Shown here piece after piece: positions 15,596 through 24,667 of a DNA stretch of 64,000 nucleotides. The stretch's first letter is position 1. Each line of letters begins with the position of its first letter. Made by a program: the position numbers and the translations under genes. Source of the stretch: Marinicellaceae bacterium (lineage in GTDB: Bacteria; Pseudomonadota; Gammaproteobacteria; Xanthomonadales; Marinicellaceae); assembly GCA_045107085.1 (NCBI GenBank), contig JBGCFT010000088.1:631-64630 (forward strand). The letters are read 5' to 3'. Under the pieces are notes generated by a model. That model did no database searches, had not been told where the DNA came from, and saw nothing but the letters and a program-made list of their open reading frames with translations.

Positions 15596-16638
15596 TTAGA
15601 AGAATACTTTTTAACAGCATCAATCATAACGCCTAATTTTTCCGGTTGCATTGTTGGGTGCATGCCATGCCCTAAATTAAAAATGTGTCCATTGGTACCG
15701 CCATTTGAATCGATTACTTTTTTAACCTCAGCCTCTATAACAGCATCATCTGCGTATAAAACGCAGGGGTCTAAGTTGCCTTGCAAAGCCACTTTACCAC
15801 CTGTTAATTCTCTTGCCAAAGCCAAATCTGTGGTCCAATCAACGCCCAAACAATCGGCTCCTGTATTGGCCATTTTTGATAAATTATATTGCACACCCTT
15901 GGAAAACAAAATGACTGGAATCTCTGGGTTTTTAGCTTTGACTCCTGAAACGATTTGTTGCATATAATCCAAAGAGAAAGCTTGGTACATTTCTGGAGAC
16001 AATGCACCACCCCAGGAATCAAATACTTGAACAGCATTGGCCCCACTTTCAATTTGCGCATTAAGGTAGTCTATACTGGCATCGGTTAATTTTTGAAGTA
16101 ATTTATGTGCAGCTTGAGTTTGGTTAAGTAAAAAAGCTTTGGCTTTGGCAAAGTTTTTTGAGCTACCGCCCTCAACCATATAAGTCATTAAAGTCCAAGG
16201 AGACCCACAAAAGCCAAGAAGTGGCACCGCATTATCTAGTGTTTTAGAAGTAAGAGCTAGCCCATCCATGACATATTTTAAGTCATCATTCACATCTATT
16301 TTGGGTAAGTTATCTACATCCTTTTCTGATGTAATTGGACTTTTAAACTTTGGGCCTTCGCCAGTCACAAAGTACAAGCCTAAACCCATGGCATCAGGAA
16401 TGGTTAAGATATCAGAAAAAATAATAACAGCATCAAGTGGAAACCTTCTTAATGGCTGCAATGTGACTTCACATACCATCTCTGGGTTTTGTGCCAGTGA
16501 CATAAAGTCGCCTGCTTGTTTTCTGACTTCTCTGTACTCTGGTAAATATCTGCCTGCTTGACGCATGACCCATACAGGTGTTCTTTCTGTTTCTTGTTGT
16601 TTTAAAGTTCTTATAAGGAGATTATTTTTTAATGCCAT
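15592..16638 (-). CDS. hemE: uroporphyrinogen decarboxylase
   Basis: N-terminal TPVWVMRQAGRYLPEYR signature and a full length of 348 aa. Confidence 0.9.
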   Translation of the reverse strand: MALKNNLLIRTLKQQETERTPVWVMRQAGRYLPEYREVRKQAGDFMSLAQNPEMVCEVTLQPLRRFPLDAVIIFSDILTIPDAMGLGLYFVTGEGPKFKSPITSEKDVDNLPKIDVNDDLKYVMDGLALTSKTLDNAVPLLGFCGSPWTLMTYMVEGGSSKNFAKAKAFLLNQTQAAHKLLQKLTDASIDYLNAQIESGANAVQVFDSWGGALSPEMYQAFSLDYMQQIVSGVKAKNPEIPVILFSKGVQYNLSKMANTGADCLGVDWTTDLALARELTGGKVALQGNLDPCVLYADDAVIEAEVKKVIDSNGGTNGHIFNLGHGMHPTMQPEKLGVMIDAVKKYSSK

Positions 16639-16742
16639 TGTATCTTTTGAGTTGTTAACCCGCGTATTTTATGCTTTTTAATGATTTTATTACAACTTTC
16701 TCTGATACAATTGTATTCTTTATGAAGTAATGGCAAATAAAT

Positions 16743-17315
16743 ATGAGTTGGATTAATGAAGTTGATGAAGCAAAAGCCGATAAAAAACTTAAGCCGATAT
16801 ATGAAGATTTAATCAAAAGCCGAGGAAAAATTGCCAATATATTAAAAGTTCATTCGCTTAATCCTGAAGCTCTAAAAGCCCATCTTGATTTGTATATGAC
16901 GATAATGTTTGGCCAATCAGGATTGTCAAGAAAAGAACGTGAATGTATCGCCGTGGTTGTTTCCAGGGCAGACAATTGTGAATATTGCGTCAATCATCAC
17001 GCAGAATCACTTTCGAGATATATCAAAGACCAATCATTGTTAGAACAAATTAAACAAGACTATGTCCATGCTGCTTTGTCCCCAAGACTCATGGCTATTT
17101 GTAATTATGCCTATAAATTGACAGTCCAACCGGGAGATCAAAAACAAGAAGATTTGTCATATTTGAAAACTTTTGACTTAGACGATAAAGATTTATTAGA
17201 TATTACCTTAATTGTTGCATATTTTAATTTTGTCAATAGAATTGCACTGGGCCTTGGCGTAGCATTCAATTCAGCTGAATTAACCGGCTACAAAGATGAA
17301 CCATCAGACAATTAA
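16743..17315 (+). CDS. peroxidase-related enzyme, carboxymuconolactone decarboxylase/AhpD-like family
   Basis: ERECIAVVVSRADNCEYCVNHH (the CxxC-xx-H motif of the CMD/AhpD family). Confidence 0.7.
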   Translation: MSWINEVDEAKADKKLKPIYEDLIKSRGKIANILKVHSLNPEALKAHLDLYMTIMFGQSGLSRKERECIAVVVSRADNCEYCVNHHAESLSRYIKDQSLLEQIKQDYVHAALSPRLMAICNYAYKLTVQPGDQKQEDLSYLKTFDLDDKDLLDITLIVAYFNFVNRIALGLGVAFNSAELTGYKDEPSDN

Positions 17316-17353
17316 CCTGTCATAACTGCAAATTTAAAAAATCAAAAAATACT

Positions 17354-18769
17354 ATGAAAAAACTAATTTTACTATCTGTTATTCTGTTGAGTTTTAATCT
17401 TCAAGCTCAGTTTGTTAATGAGAATCCTCCTACTGAAGAAGAGTTAAGGGTTAACAACTCAAACAATACGGCTGAATTATTGAAAGCAACAGATGAAGCC
17501 ATGAAGCAAAAGAATTATAAAAGTATGGTTATTAATATGGAAAGAGTGGTTCAGCTTAATCCCCATGTTCCTGCTTTACAATATAAATTAGCCGAAGCTT
17601 ATTCACTTAGTGACGATAAAACAAGTGCCTACAACTTATTAATTAAACTGCAGAAACAAGGATTTTATTATGACATTGAAGTCAACCCTAATTTTGGTAA
17701 CATTTATGGTTTTAATGTTTTTAAATACATTAAAACAAACTTTGATGCCAATGGTGCTCATTATGGAGAAGGTGAAGCAGCGTTTGCAATAGACAAAAGT
17801 TTTAGTGGTTTACTTTTTGAAAGTATAGTTTATGACGAAAGCTCTGAATCTTTCTTAATGGGCTCAATAAGAGATGGGCGTATTATTAAAATTGCAGGAA
17901 ATGGAGAAATAACGGAGTTGGTCGGCTCAACTCTTGGTGGAATCACTGGACCTTGGGCGACAATTGATATGGCTGTTGATGAAAAAAATGACTTTTTATG
18001 GGTTGCCAGTTCATCTATCACGCAATATGGAAAGTTTGCCAAAGACTCTTTGGGTCATTCTGGTATATTTAAATACCAATTAAGTACGGGTAAATATATA
18101 AAATCCTATTTGATTCCCAAAAACAGAACACCCTCATTAATCAGTGATATGCACTTGACTGCACAAGGTGATTTATATTTCATAGAGAGTTTAAATAGGG
18201 TTGTTTTGAAAATCGATCAAGGCGCAGATGAAATAAAAGTAGTATTTTCTTCCGACAAATACTCAAACTTAAAAAGCATTACATCAGATGATGCAGGTGA
18301 AATACTCTATTTAAGCGACACAAATGAAGGAATCATTGTGATCAATATCAAAAGTGGTAAATATCTCACTATAGAAAATACAGCGTCCTTAAACCTTTAT
18401 GGAATTAAGGATTTAATATACGATAATAATGGTTTGATATTTATACAAAGCAGCATCTCTCCTGAACGGGTAATGAAAATCCAATTAGAAGACAATAAAG
18501 CAGTATTGAAAAATATTATTCCTATAGAGTCGTCTAACCCTTTGTTTGACTCTCTATCTAAAGGAGTTATTGTCGGCAATGATTTATATTACATTGCTAA
18601 TTCACAATCTTCAAACGCCAATGCATTTGGAGGTTTAACTAAAGGCAGTGAATGGCAAAATATGAGTATTGTTAGATCTGACAAAAACTTTAATCAAGAA
18701 TCCAGTATTGAATATCAAGAGCAAATTAGACAATACGAAAAGAAGAACAAAGAAGAGTCAGGTCAGTAG
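17354..18769 (+). CDS. secreted hypothetical protein (TPR-like N-terminus, beta-propeller-like C-terminal part)
   Basis: Signal peptide MKKLILLSVILLSFNLQAQ, followed by repeated beta-strand-rich blocks. No catalytic motif recognised. Confidence 0.5.
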   Translation: MKKLILLSVILLSFNLQAQFVNENPPTEEELRVNNSNNTAELLKATDEAMKQKNYKSMVINMERVVQLNPHVPALQYKLAEAYSLSDDKTSAYNLLIKLQKQGFYYDIEVNPNFGNIYGFNVFKYIKTNFDANGAHYGEGEAAFAIDKSFSGLLFESIVYDESSESFLMGSIRDGRIIKIAGNGEITELVGSTLGGITGPWATIDMAVDEKNDFLWVASSSITQYGKFAKDSLGHSGIFKYQLSTGKYIKSYLIPKNRTPSLISDMHLTAQGDLYFIESLNRVVLKIDQGADEIKVVFSSDKYSNLKSITSDDAGEILYLSDTNEGIIVINIKSGKYLTIENTASLNLYGIKDLIYDNNGLIFIQSSISPERVMKIQLEDNKAVLKNIIPIESSNPLFDSLSKGVIVGNDLYYIANSQSSNANAFGGLTKGSEWQNMSIVRSDKNFNQESSIEYQEQIRQYEKKNKEESGQ

Positions 18770-18810
18770 TAGTATTTGATTAAAAAGTAAACTAACTTTG
18801 CGGTTTAAAG

Positions 18811-19392
18811 TTAGTTTACTTTTAATTTTAAAGCAAAATCTGCGATACGTTTACCCAAAGCAATACATAAAGCCTTTTCGTTTTTATCAATTTTTCTTTC
18901 TGAATCATTTCCCGACCAATGGCTGGGACCGTAAGGCGTGCCACCACTTTCTGTATGCAGCAAAGCCTTTTCACTATAGGGTAAACCAGCTATTAACATG
19001 CCATGATGCAATAAGGGCAACATCATGGTTAATAAAGTGGTTTCTTGACCACCATGAAGACTTGAACTTGAGGTAAAAACCGCTGCAGGCTTATTACTGA
19101 GTGTTCCTGAAAACCATTGTGTCCCTGTTTCATCAACAAATTGTTTTAATGGTGCTGCCATATTGCCAAATCGAGCGGGCGATCCCAATATTAAACCATC
19201 ACATTTTTGTAAATCATCAGCGCTTACAATTGGATCAACAGCTGAATTTATTTCATCCCCTGCTGGTTTAACAGATCTAATCAAAGCATTACTGTTGGGT
19301 TGTGAGGCAACGCCTCTGGCAATTAAATTTGCCATTTTTGCAGAGTTGCCATGTTTGCTATAATAAACGATGAGGATGTTGATTTCTGACAT
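18811..19392 (-). CDS. wrbA: NAD(P)H:quinone oxidoreductase, WrbA type flavodoxin-like protein
   Basis: ILIVYYSKHGNSAKMANLIARG and the LHGGQETT motif. Confidence 0.8.
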   Translation of the reverse strand: MSEINILIVYYSKHGNSAKMANLIARGVASQPNSNALIRSVKPAGDEINSAVDPIVSADDLQKCDGLILGSPARFGNMAAPLKQFVDETGTQWFSGTLSNKPAAVFTSSSSLHGGQETTLLTMMLPLLHHGMLIAGLPYSEKALLHTESGGTPYGPSHWSGNDSERKIDKNEKALCIALGKRIADFALKLKVN

Positions 19393-19394
19393 AT

Positions 19395-19742
19395 TTAAAT
19401 TATATCCAATACGATTTCAGGAGGCCTACCAATGATAGCCTTGTTATTATTGATAACTATGGGCCTTTCTATGACTTTTGGGTATTCGTGCATTAATGCA
19501 ATCAAATCTTGGTCATTTAATTTACTATCAGAAAAATTCGCCTTATATTCCGCTTCATTTTGGCGCATTAGTTCTCTTGGTCTTAATTCCAACATGAATA
19601 ATATATTTTCAATGTCTTTTATACTGGGCGGAGTCTCTAAGTATTTGATGACTTCAGGTTCGTGGCCCTGATTGCGAATTATTTCCAGTGTTTGACGTGA
19701 TTTAGAGCACCGTGGATTATGATAGAATTTTATCTGCTTCAT
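19395..19742 (-). CDS. arsC: ArsC family reductase (glutaredoxin-type arsenate reductase fold)
   Basis: KFYHNPRCSKSRQTLEIIRNQGHEPEVIKYLETPPS parallels the E. coli ArsC N-terminus. Confidence 0.75.
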   Translation of the reverse strand: MKQIKFYHNPRCSKSRQTLEIIRNQGHEPEVIKYLETPPSIKDIENILFMLELRPRELMRQNEAEYKANFSDSKLNDQDLIALMHEYPKVIERPIVINNNKAIIGRPPEIVLDII

Positions 19743-19848
19743 GATGAATTATATTTCTACATTAAAAGATTTATTTTAACTTATTTATCAACTCAACCAA
19801 AAAGCATTCTGGGTTATAATGCGAATATTTAAAAATATTGTTGCCATT

Positions 19849-20646
19849 ATGAAAATTGTTACCGTTTTATTATTGAGTCTGTTTGTCTTGTCTTGTGGCC
19901 AACAACAATCACAACAATTGCCAGAATCAGATGTGATTGCCAATGTTGGAGATGAAGTGATTACTGCTGATTTACTTAATGCTTATATGCATGTTAATGG
20001 CATAGCCAATCCAACACCTGAAGTTGTTAATGCCTCCTTAACGCAGTTGATTGAGGAAATTGCCATGGCCAATATTGCCACAAAAAAACAATTACCAATG
20101 ACCAGAGAGCAAATGAATAACTTTAAATATCTTCAGCTACGTGCTTTGGCATCCAATGCAAAAAATGATTATCTAACCAATAATGTTATTACCGAGGAAG
20201 AAATTAAACAAGAATACAATAAAGTTAATGAAGCGACCAAAGGCCAAGAATACCATGTACATCACATGCTTTATACAGATGAAATTGAAGCCATTACAGT
20301 ACTAGACGAAATAAACTCAGTCGATGACTTTTTAAAAGCAGAAAATCAATATTTAAAAGATAACCCTGATAAAGTTAACGTGGGAAATTTAGGTTGGGTT
20401 AACTTACTACAATTGCCTCAAAGTTTTAAAGATATTTTACCTTCAATGAGCCCTAACTCTATAAACCCACAAGTAATTTCTAGTCAATTTGGAGCCCATA
20501 TTGTTTATCTTGAGGCCACAAGAGACATAGTTGCTCCTGCATTTGAAGAGGTAAAAGCAGGCATTGAAAATTCACTTAAGTCTAAAAAAGCGTCAAAATT
20601 TGGTCAACTTGCCGTTGCTAAAGCCCGAGTAACTATTGTTAAATAA
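19849..20646 (+). CDS. parvulin-type peptidyl-prolyl isomerase lipoprotein
   Basis: Lipobox LSLFVLSC and a PpiC domain (YHVHHML...GNLGWV...FGAHIVYLE). Confidence 0.7.
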   Translation: MKIVTVLLLSLFVLSCGQQQSQQLPESDVIANVGDEVITADLLNAYMHVNGIANPTPEVVNASLTQLIEEIAMANIATKKQLPMTREQMNNFKYLQLRALASNAKNDYLTNNVITEEEIKQEYNKVNEATKGQEYHVHHMLYTDEIEAITVLDEINSVDDFLKAENQYLKDNPDKVNVGNLGWVNLLQLPQSFKDILPSMSPNSINPQVISSQFGAHIVYLEATRDIVAPAFEEVKAGIENSLKSKKASKFGQLAVAKARVTIVK

Positions 20647-20678
20647 CAATATAAACCACTTTTCACATTGATTAATTA

Positions 20679-21431
20679 TTACCTGAAATATTGTTTATTG
20701 GCATAAAAACTGTTGTTTTGATTTTTATGCCACCCAGGAATTCCCAAAACGGGAAGCGGAGATAGGTCTTCTTTTGATATCAAGAGTTTATGGTTTAGTA
20801 TTTTACTGGCAATAAACGCATCAATGTCAAATTGATTCTCATCAACCAGTAAAGCTTTTGCTGTCATTCCAATATACGGATTTAAATATTTCTCATACAT
20901 GGCGTGGCCAAATGTTATGATCTTAATTTCTTGGTTGAGCCAGAGAGATTTATTTTCTATAAATAATTTATACCAGTCGTGTTTTCTGATTAATTCTAGG
21001 TGAACTGATTTTGCAAGAATAATAACACCACACTCATCAAAAAGAGTCAATATGTCTCGTTTTCTTGAGCGCTTACTGTCATTTTGTAACTGAATTTGTT
21101 GGTAATGAATGGCATTAATTGCCGATTTGGTTTTTGGGAAATTGTGCCATACCATTGCGTTAAAGAAATCATGCCAATTGTTGCTTCTTGTTGCAATCAC
21201 GCCATGCTCATAGATACGTTCTTCATAGCCCAATTTAGGGTGTAACAAATTATCGTCTTGTTGAGCAAAAAACAAATTTTTATTGTTGTTATTGTAATGT
21301 TTAAAATGCTTGTTAAGCTGGTCACAATTGGGCAGTGTGCTTTTTTTTCTGAGATTAAACAAAGGAAAAACAGCATCTAAAGTAGACTTGATATCACGGT
21401 ACATTATGTCGTCATGTATCATGCTATTCAA
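20679..21431 (-). CDS. DUF3025 domain protein
   Basis: NWHDFFNAMVWHNFPKTK...RSRKRDILTLFDECG matches my recollection of the DUF3025 signature. Confidence 0.5.
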   Translation of the reverse strand: MNSMIHDDIMYRDIKSTLDAVFPLFNLRKKSTLPNCDQLNKHFKHYNNNNKNLFFAQQDDNLLHPKLGYEERIYEHGVIATRSNNWHDFFNAMVWHNFPKTKSAINAIHYQQIQLQNDSKRSRKRDILTLFDECGVIILAKSVHLELIRKHDWYKLFIENKSLWLNQEIKIITFGHAMYEKYLNPYIGMTAKALLVDENQFDIDAFIASKILNHKLLISKEDLSPLPVLGIPGWHKNQNNSFYANKQYFR

Positions 21432-21511
21432 TTAATTGATTGAGAGAAGTAATATTGACAGGGTTTTACTCGAATACAATTCCGCCAGATAATTTAGGCA
21501 ACGATATTCAT

Positions 21512-22048
21512 TCAAGGCAATGACTCAATGTGATTTTTTAGGTTGAGCAGTCCTTTTTCATAATCCGGGGCAATCATATCCTCTAAAACAAATCCAAAAT
21601 AACGGTAAAAAACATTGTAACCAAAGTCATTATAAAAAGTCCAAGTCACTTTGGTTTCGTTACCAATTCTCGTTAATGAAATTTTAGACAGAGCTGGATT
21701 TTCAGATTTGCCAAAATAAAATTTAGTTCTGATAAATTCGTCTTTTTTTGATTCAATAATTTCATTAGAACCTTTGCCTATACTTTGATTGCCTTGCCAT
21801 GATAGTTTTGAACCTTCACCTGACTCAGGTCCAGAGAGAGAATATTGGGCATTGATATCCAGTTCATACCAAGGAGACCATTGGTTAAAATTACTCAAAG
21901 AGTTAATGACATTGAAGACTTTACTGACACCTCTATCAATAACAATACTCCTTTCTAATACAACTTTTGAGGGCAAGAAAAAACCAACAATTACTGTAAT
22001 TACAAGTAAAAAAAGCATTGCCAAAACCAAGTATCTTAAAGTTCTCAT
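21512..22048 (-). CDS. SRPBCC (START/polyketide cyclase-like) family protein with N-terminal TM anchor
   Basis: An N-terminal hydrophobic helix followed by VFNVINSLSNFNQWSPW, typical of SRPBCC proteins. Confidence 0.6.
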   Translation of the reverse strand: MRTLRYLVLAMLFLLVITVIVGFFLPSKVVLERSIVIDRGVSKVFNVINSLSNFNQWSPWYELDINAQYSLSGPESGEGSKLSWQGNQSIGKGSNEIIESKKDEFIRTKFYFGKSENPALSKISLTRIGNETKVTWTFYNDFGYNVFYRYFGFVLEDMIAPDYEKGLLNLKNHIESLP

Positions 22049-22157
22049 ATGAATTCTAGTCTGTGTAGTATGAGCGGTAATTTACTATTAATGTAAACCA
22101 TTATCAAGATTATTTTACAATTTGCCAAAAGGTCTTGATTTTCGTAATTGGCTAATT

Positions 22158-22176
22158 CATAATGAGAATGATTATT
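22158..22176 (+). promoter_or_regulatory. candidate Fur box upstream of feoA
   Basis: CATAATGAGAATGATTATT matches the 19-bp consensus GATAATGATAATCATTATC at 15 of 19 positions. It lies about 28 nt upstream of the feoA ATG. Confidence 0.6.
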
Positions 22177-22203
22177 ATTTAGGATATTAATTATAACGTG
22201 TTA

Positions 22204-22422
22204 ATGAAACTATCTCAGGCCAAAGCAGGCAATCAATACAAGGTTGAAGACATGGGATCATTGCAAGTTTTATCTCAACGTTTAGCGCTTCTTGGTTTAA
22301 ATGCTGGGGTTTTTATTGAGTTGATGTCAATATATAAACATGGGGCCTTGGTTAAAACTCCATTCGGTGATGTTGCCATAGGTTCAGATTTACTCGATTC
22401 AATTATGGTTACTTCAACCTAG
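22204..22422 (+). CDS. feoA: ferrous iron transport protein A
   Basis: Small SH3-like protein directly upstream of feoB (LSQAKAGNQYKV...). Confidence 0.8.
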   Translation: MKLSQAKAGNQYKVEDMGSLQVLSQRLALLGLNAGVFIELMSIYKHGALVKTPFGDVAIGSDLLDSIMVTST

Positions 22423-22431
22423 TTTTCAATT

Positions 22432-24597
22432 ATGACAGACTTTTATGAAAAGCCACAAGTTGCTTTAATTGGCAATCCAAATTGTGGAAAAACAACTCTA
22501 TTTAATCGCATTACAGGTCTTAATCAAAAAACTGGAAACTGGCCAGGCGTTACTGTTAATTCACGTTATTGTTCGGTTAATTATGATCAATTAGATTATC
22601 ACTTGATTGATTTACCTGGTATCTATGCCTTGTCTGTTGAATCCTCTGGTCAAGATGAGCTTCATGTTCAAGAGTTTTTAATCAATAACAAACCAGATCT
22701 CATTATTAATGTTATTAATGCCAGTGCACTAGAGCGCGGGCTATTTATGGCATTAGAGCTAAAGAAATTTGGTTGCCCAATAGTTACTGTATTAAACATG
22801 TGGGATGATTTAAGTGCTAAAAACATTAGCATAGACACGCAAACACTTTCAAAATTATTGAATTCACCTGTTATTAAAACGGTAGCAAAAAATTCAAAAG
22901 ACTTGGGTGTTGAAGAACTAAAACAAACGATAAAAACACAATTAAAAAACAATTGCACAGTTCAAAAACAGCAACAAAAACAAGATCAGTTAAGACCTCT
23001 TGATATTGACACTGGCGATTCTGACATATTTAATCAACGATTAGAACAAGCTAAAAACATATCTAAGCAAGTCACAACCAGGCCAAAAGGCAACTTTATT
23101 CACAAAAATAGAAAATTAGATTTTTTGACTACTCATCCTGTTTGGGGAATGTTTTCATTTTTGTTGGCCATGTATGTGATGTTCTTTTTTGCTATTAATG
23201 TCTCAGCTGTTTTTATAGATTTTTTTGATATTGCTACAGGTGCACTATTAATCGATGGTGGCCATAGGGCTCTAGAGAGCATTGGTTTGCCTCAATGGTT
23301 AGTTGTAATAATAGCAGATGGAGTAGGCGGTGGTTTGCAAACTGTGGCAACTTTTATTCCTGTCATTGGTTTTTTGTATTTGATACTTACATGGCTTGAA
23401 GACTCTGGATATATGGCTAGAGCGGCTTTTGTTATGAATGGACTTATGCAAAAAATCGGCTTATCTGGCCAAGCTTTTGTTCCTTTAATTGTCAGTTTTG
23501 GTTGTAATGTTCCAGCTATCATGGCCACAAGAACTTTGGCAACCAAAAGAGAGCGTTTGGTAACAGTTATGATGGCTCCATTTATGTCTTGTGGAGCACG
23601 CCTATCAGTTTATGCTTTGTTTGTGGCTGCTTTCTTTTCAGATTATGCCTCTTTCATAGTCTTGGTTTTATATCTGATTGGAATTTTAATGGCTATATTG
23701 ACGGGTTTAATGTTACAAAAAACCATTCTTCCCGGAAAAGCCGAGCCATTTATCATAGAATTGCCACCGTGGAGATTGCCTTCTTTAAGAAATTTATTAA
23801 TGGGAACATGGTACCGATTGAAAGGCTTTTTGCTAGATGCTGGTAAAATAATAGTCATCATGGTTATGCTGATTCAAGTATTAAACTCAATAGGCAGTGA
23901 TTTTACCTGGGGCAATGAAGACTCAGAAAACTCTATGTTATCTGTTGCATCAAAATCAGTGGTGCCAATTTTTGAACCCATGGGCATTGAAGAAAAAAAC
24001 TGGCCTGCAATTGTTGGAATACTCACAGGTATTCTAGCCAAAGAGGTTGTTGTAGGAACACTAGATGCACTATACACTTCTCTTGAAAAAGAACAAAACG
24101 CCTCACAAGATAATCCTCCAGAAATTAAACAACAACTCAAAGAGGCTGTTGTTTCTATTAAAGACAATGCTTTAGAATTAAGTCACACGTTACTTGACCC
24201 TTTGGGGCTGTCAATAGTCAGTAAAGGAAGTGATGAACAAATGGCTTCAAATCAAGATGTATCAGATTCGCTCTTTGGTATTATTCGTGATAGATTTAGT
24301 GATAAATACGCAGCTTTTGCTTATTTGTTGTTCATTTTATTGTACTTTCCTTGTGTTGCAGCTACAGCAGCAGTAGCGAGAGAGGCAGGTATGAAATGGG
24401 CAGTTTTTACAGCAGGATGGAGTACAGGTTTGGCCTATATGAGTGCCGTTTGTTTTTATCAATTTAGTCAATTCAGCCAAAACCCCTTGGCCGCATTAAT
24501 TTGGTTAAGCATTTATGTTACTGGCGTATCTTCAGTATTTCTGTATCTAAAAAGAATAGGAAAGAGAGCTGAGCCAATAAAATTAAATATTGTTTAA
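22432..24597 (+). CDS. feoB: ferrous iron transporter FeoB
   Basis: N-terminal G domain VALIGNPNCGKTTLFN and DLPGIY, followed by a polytopic membrane domain. Confidence 0.9.
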   Translation: MTDFYEKPQVALIGNPNCGKTTLFNRITGLNQKTGNWPGVTVNSRYCSVNYDQLDYHLIDLPGIYALSVESSGQDELHVQEFLINNKPDLIINVINASALERGLFMALELKKFGCPIVTVLNMWDDLSAKNISIDTQTLSKLLNSPVIKTVAKNSKDLGVEELKQTIKTQLKNNCTVQKQQQKQDQLRPLDIDTGDSDIFNQRLEQAKNISKQVTTRPKGNFIHKNRKLDFLTTHPVWGMFSFLLAMYVMFFFAINVSAVFIDFFDIATGALLIDGGHRALESIGLPQWLVVIIADGVGGGLQTVATFIPVIGFLYLILTWLEDSGYMARAAFVMNGLMQKIGLSGQAFVPLIVSFGCNVPAIMATRTLATKRERLVTVMMAPFMSCGARLSVYALFVAAFFSDYASFIVLVLYLIGILMAILTGLMLQKTILPGKAEPFIIELPPWRLPSLRNLLMGTWYRLKGFLLDAGKIIVIMVMLIQVLNSIGSDFTWGNEDSENSMLSVASKSVVPIFEPMGIEEKNWPAIVGILTGILAKEVVVGTLDALYTSLEKEQNASQDNPPEIKQQLKEAVVSIKDNALELSHTLLDPLGLSIVSKGSDEQMASNQDVSDSLFGIIRDRFSDKYAAFAYLLFILLYFPCVAATAAVAREAGMKWAVFTAGWSTGLAYMSAVCFYQFSQFSQNPLAALIWLSIYVTGVSSVFLYLKRIGKRAEPIKLNIV

Positions 24598-24667
24598 GTT
24601 TTACTGGTAACCCTATTTTAATGAGATATGATAGTCACGTTTATAATTAATACCCTAAAATTACTGA

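Noticed and set aside
15662-16561. Long antisense ORFs inside hemE (101 aa and 97 aa). Similar ones occur inside the TetM-like gene, feoB, the pfp gene and the YpfJ-like gene
   Set aside because: Each lies entirely within a strongly supported gene on the opposite strand and has no start context or recognisable motif. They are the chance open frames expected at this base composition.
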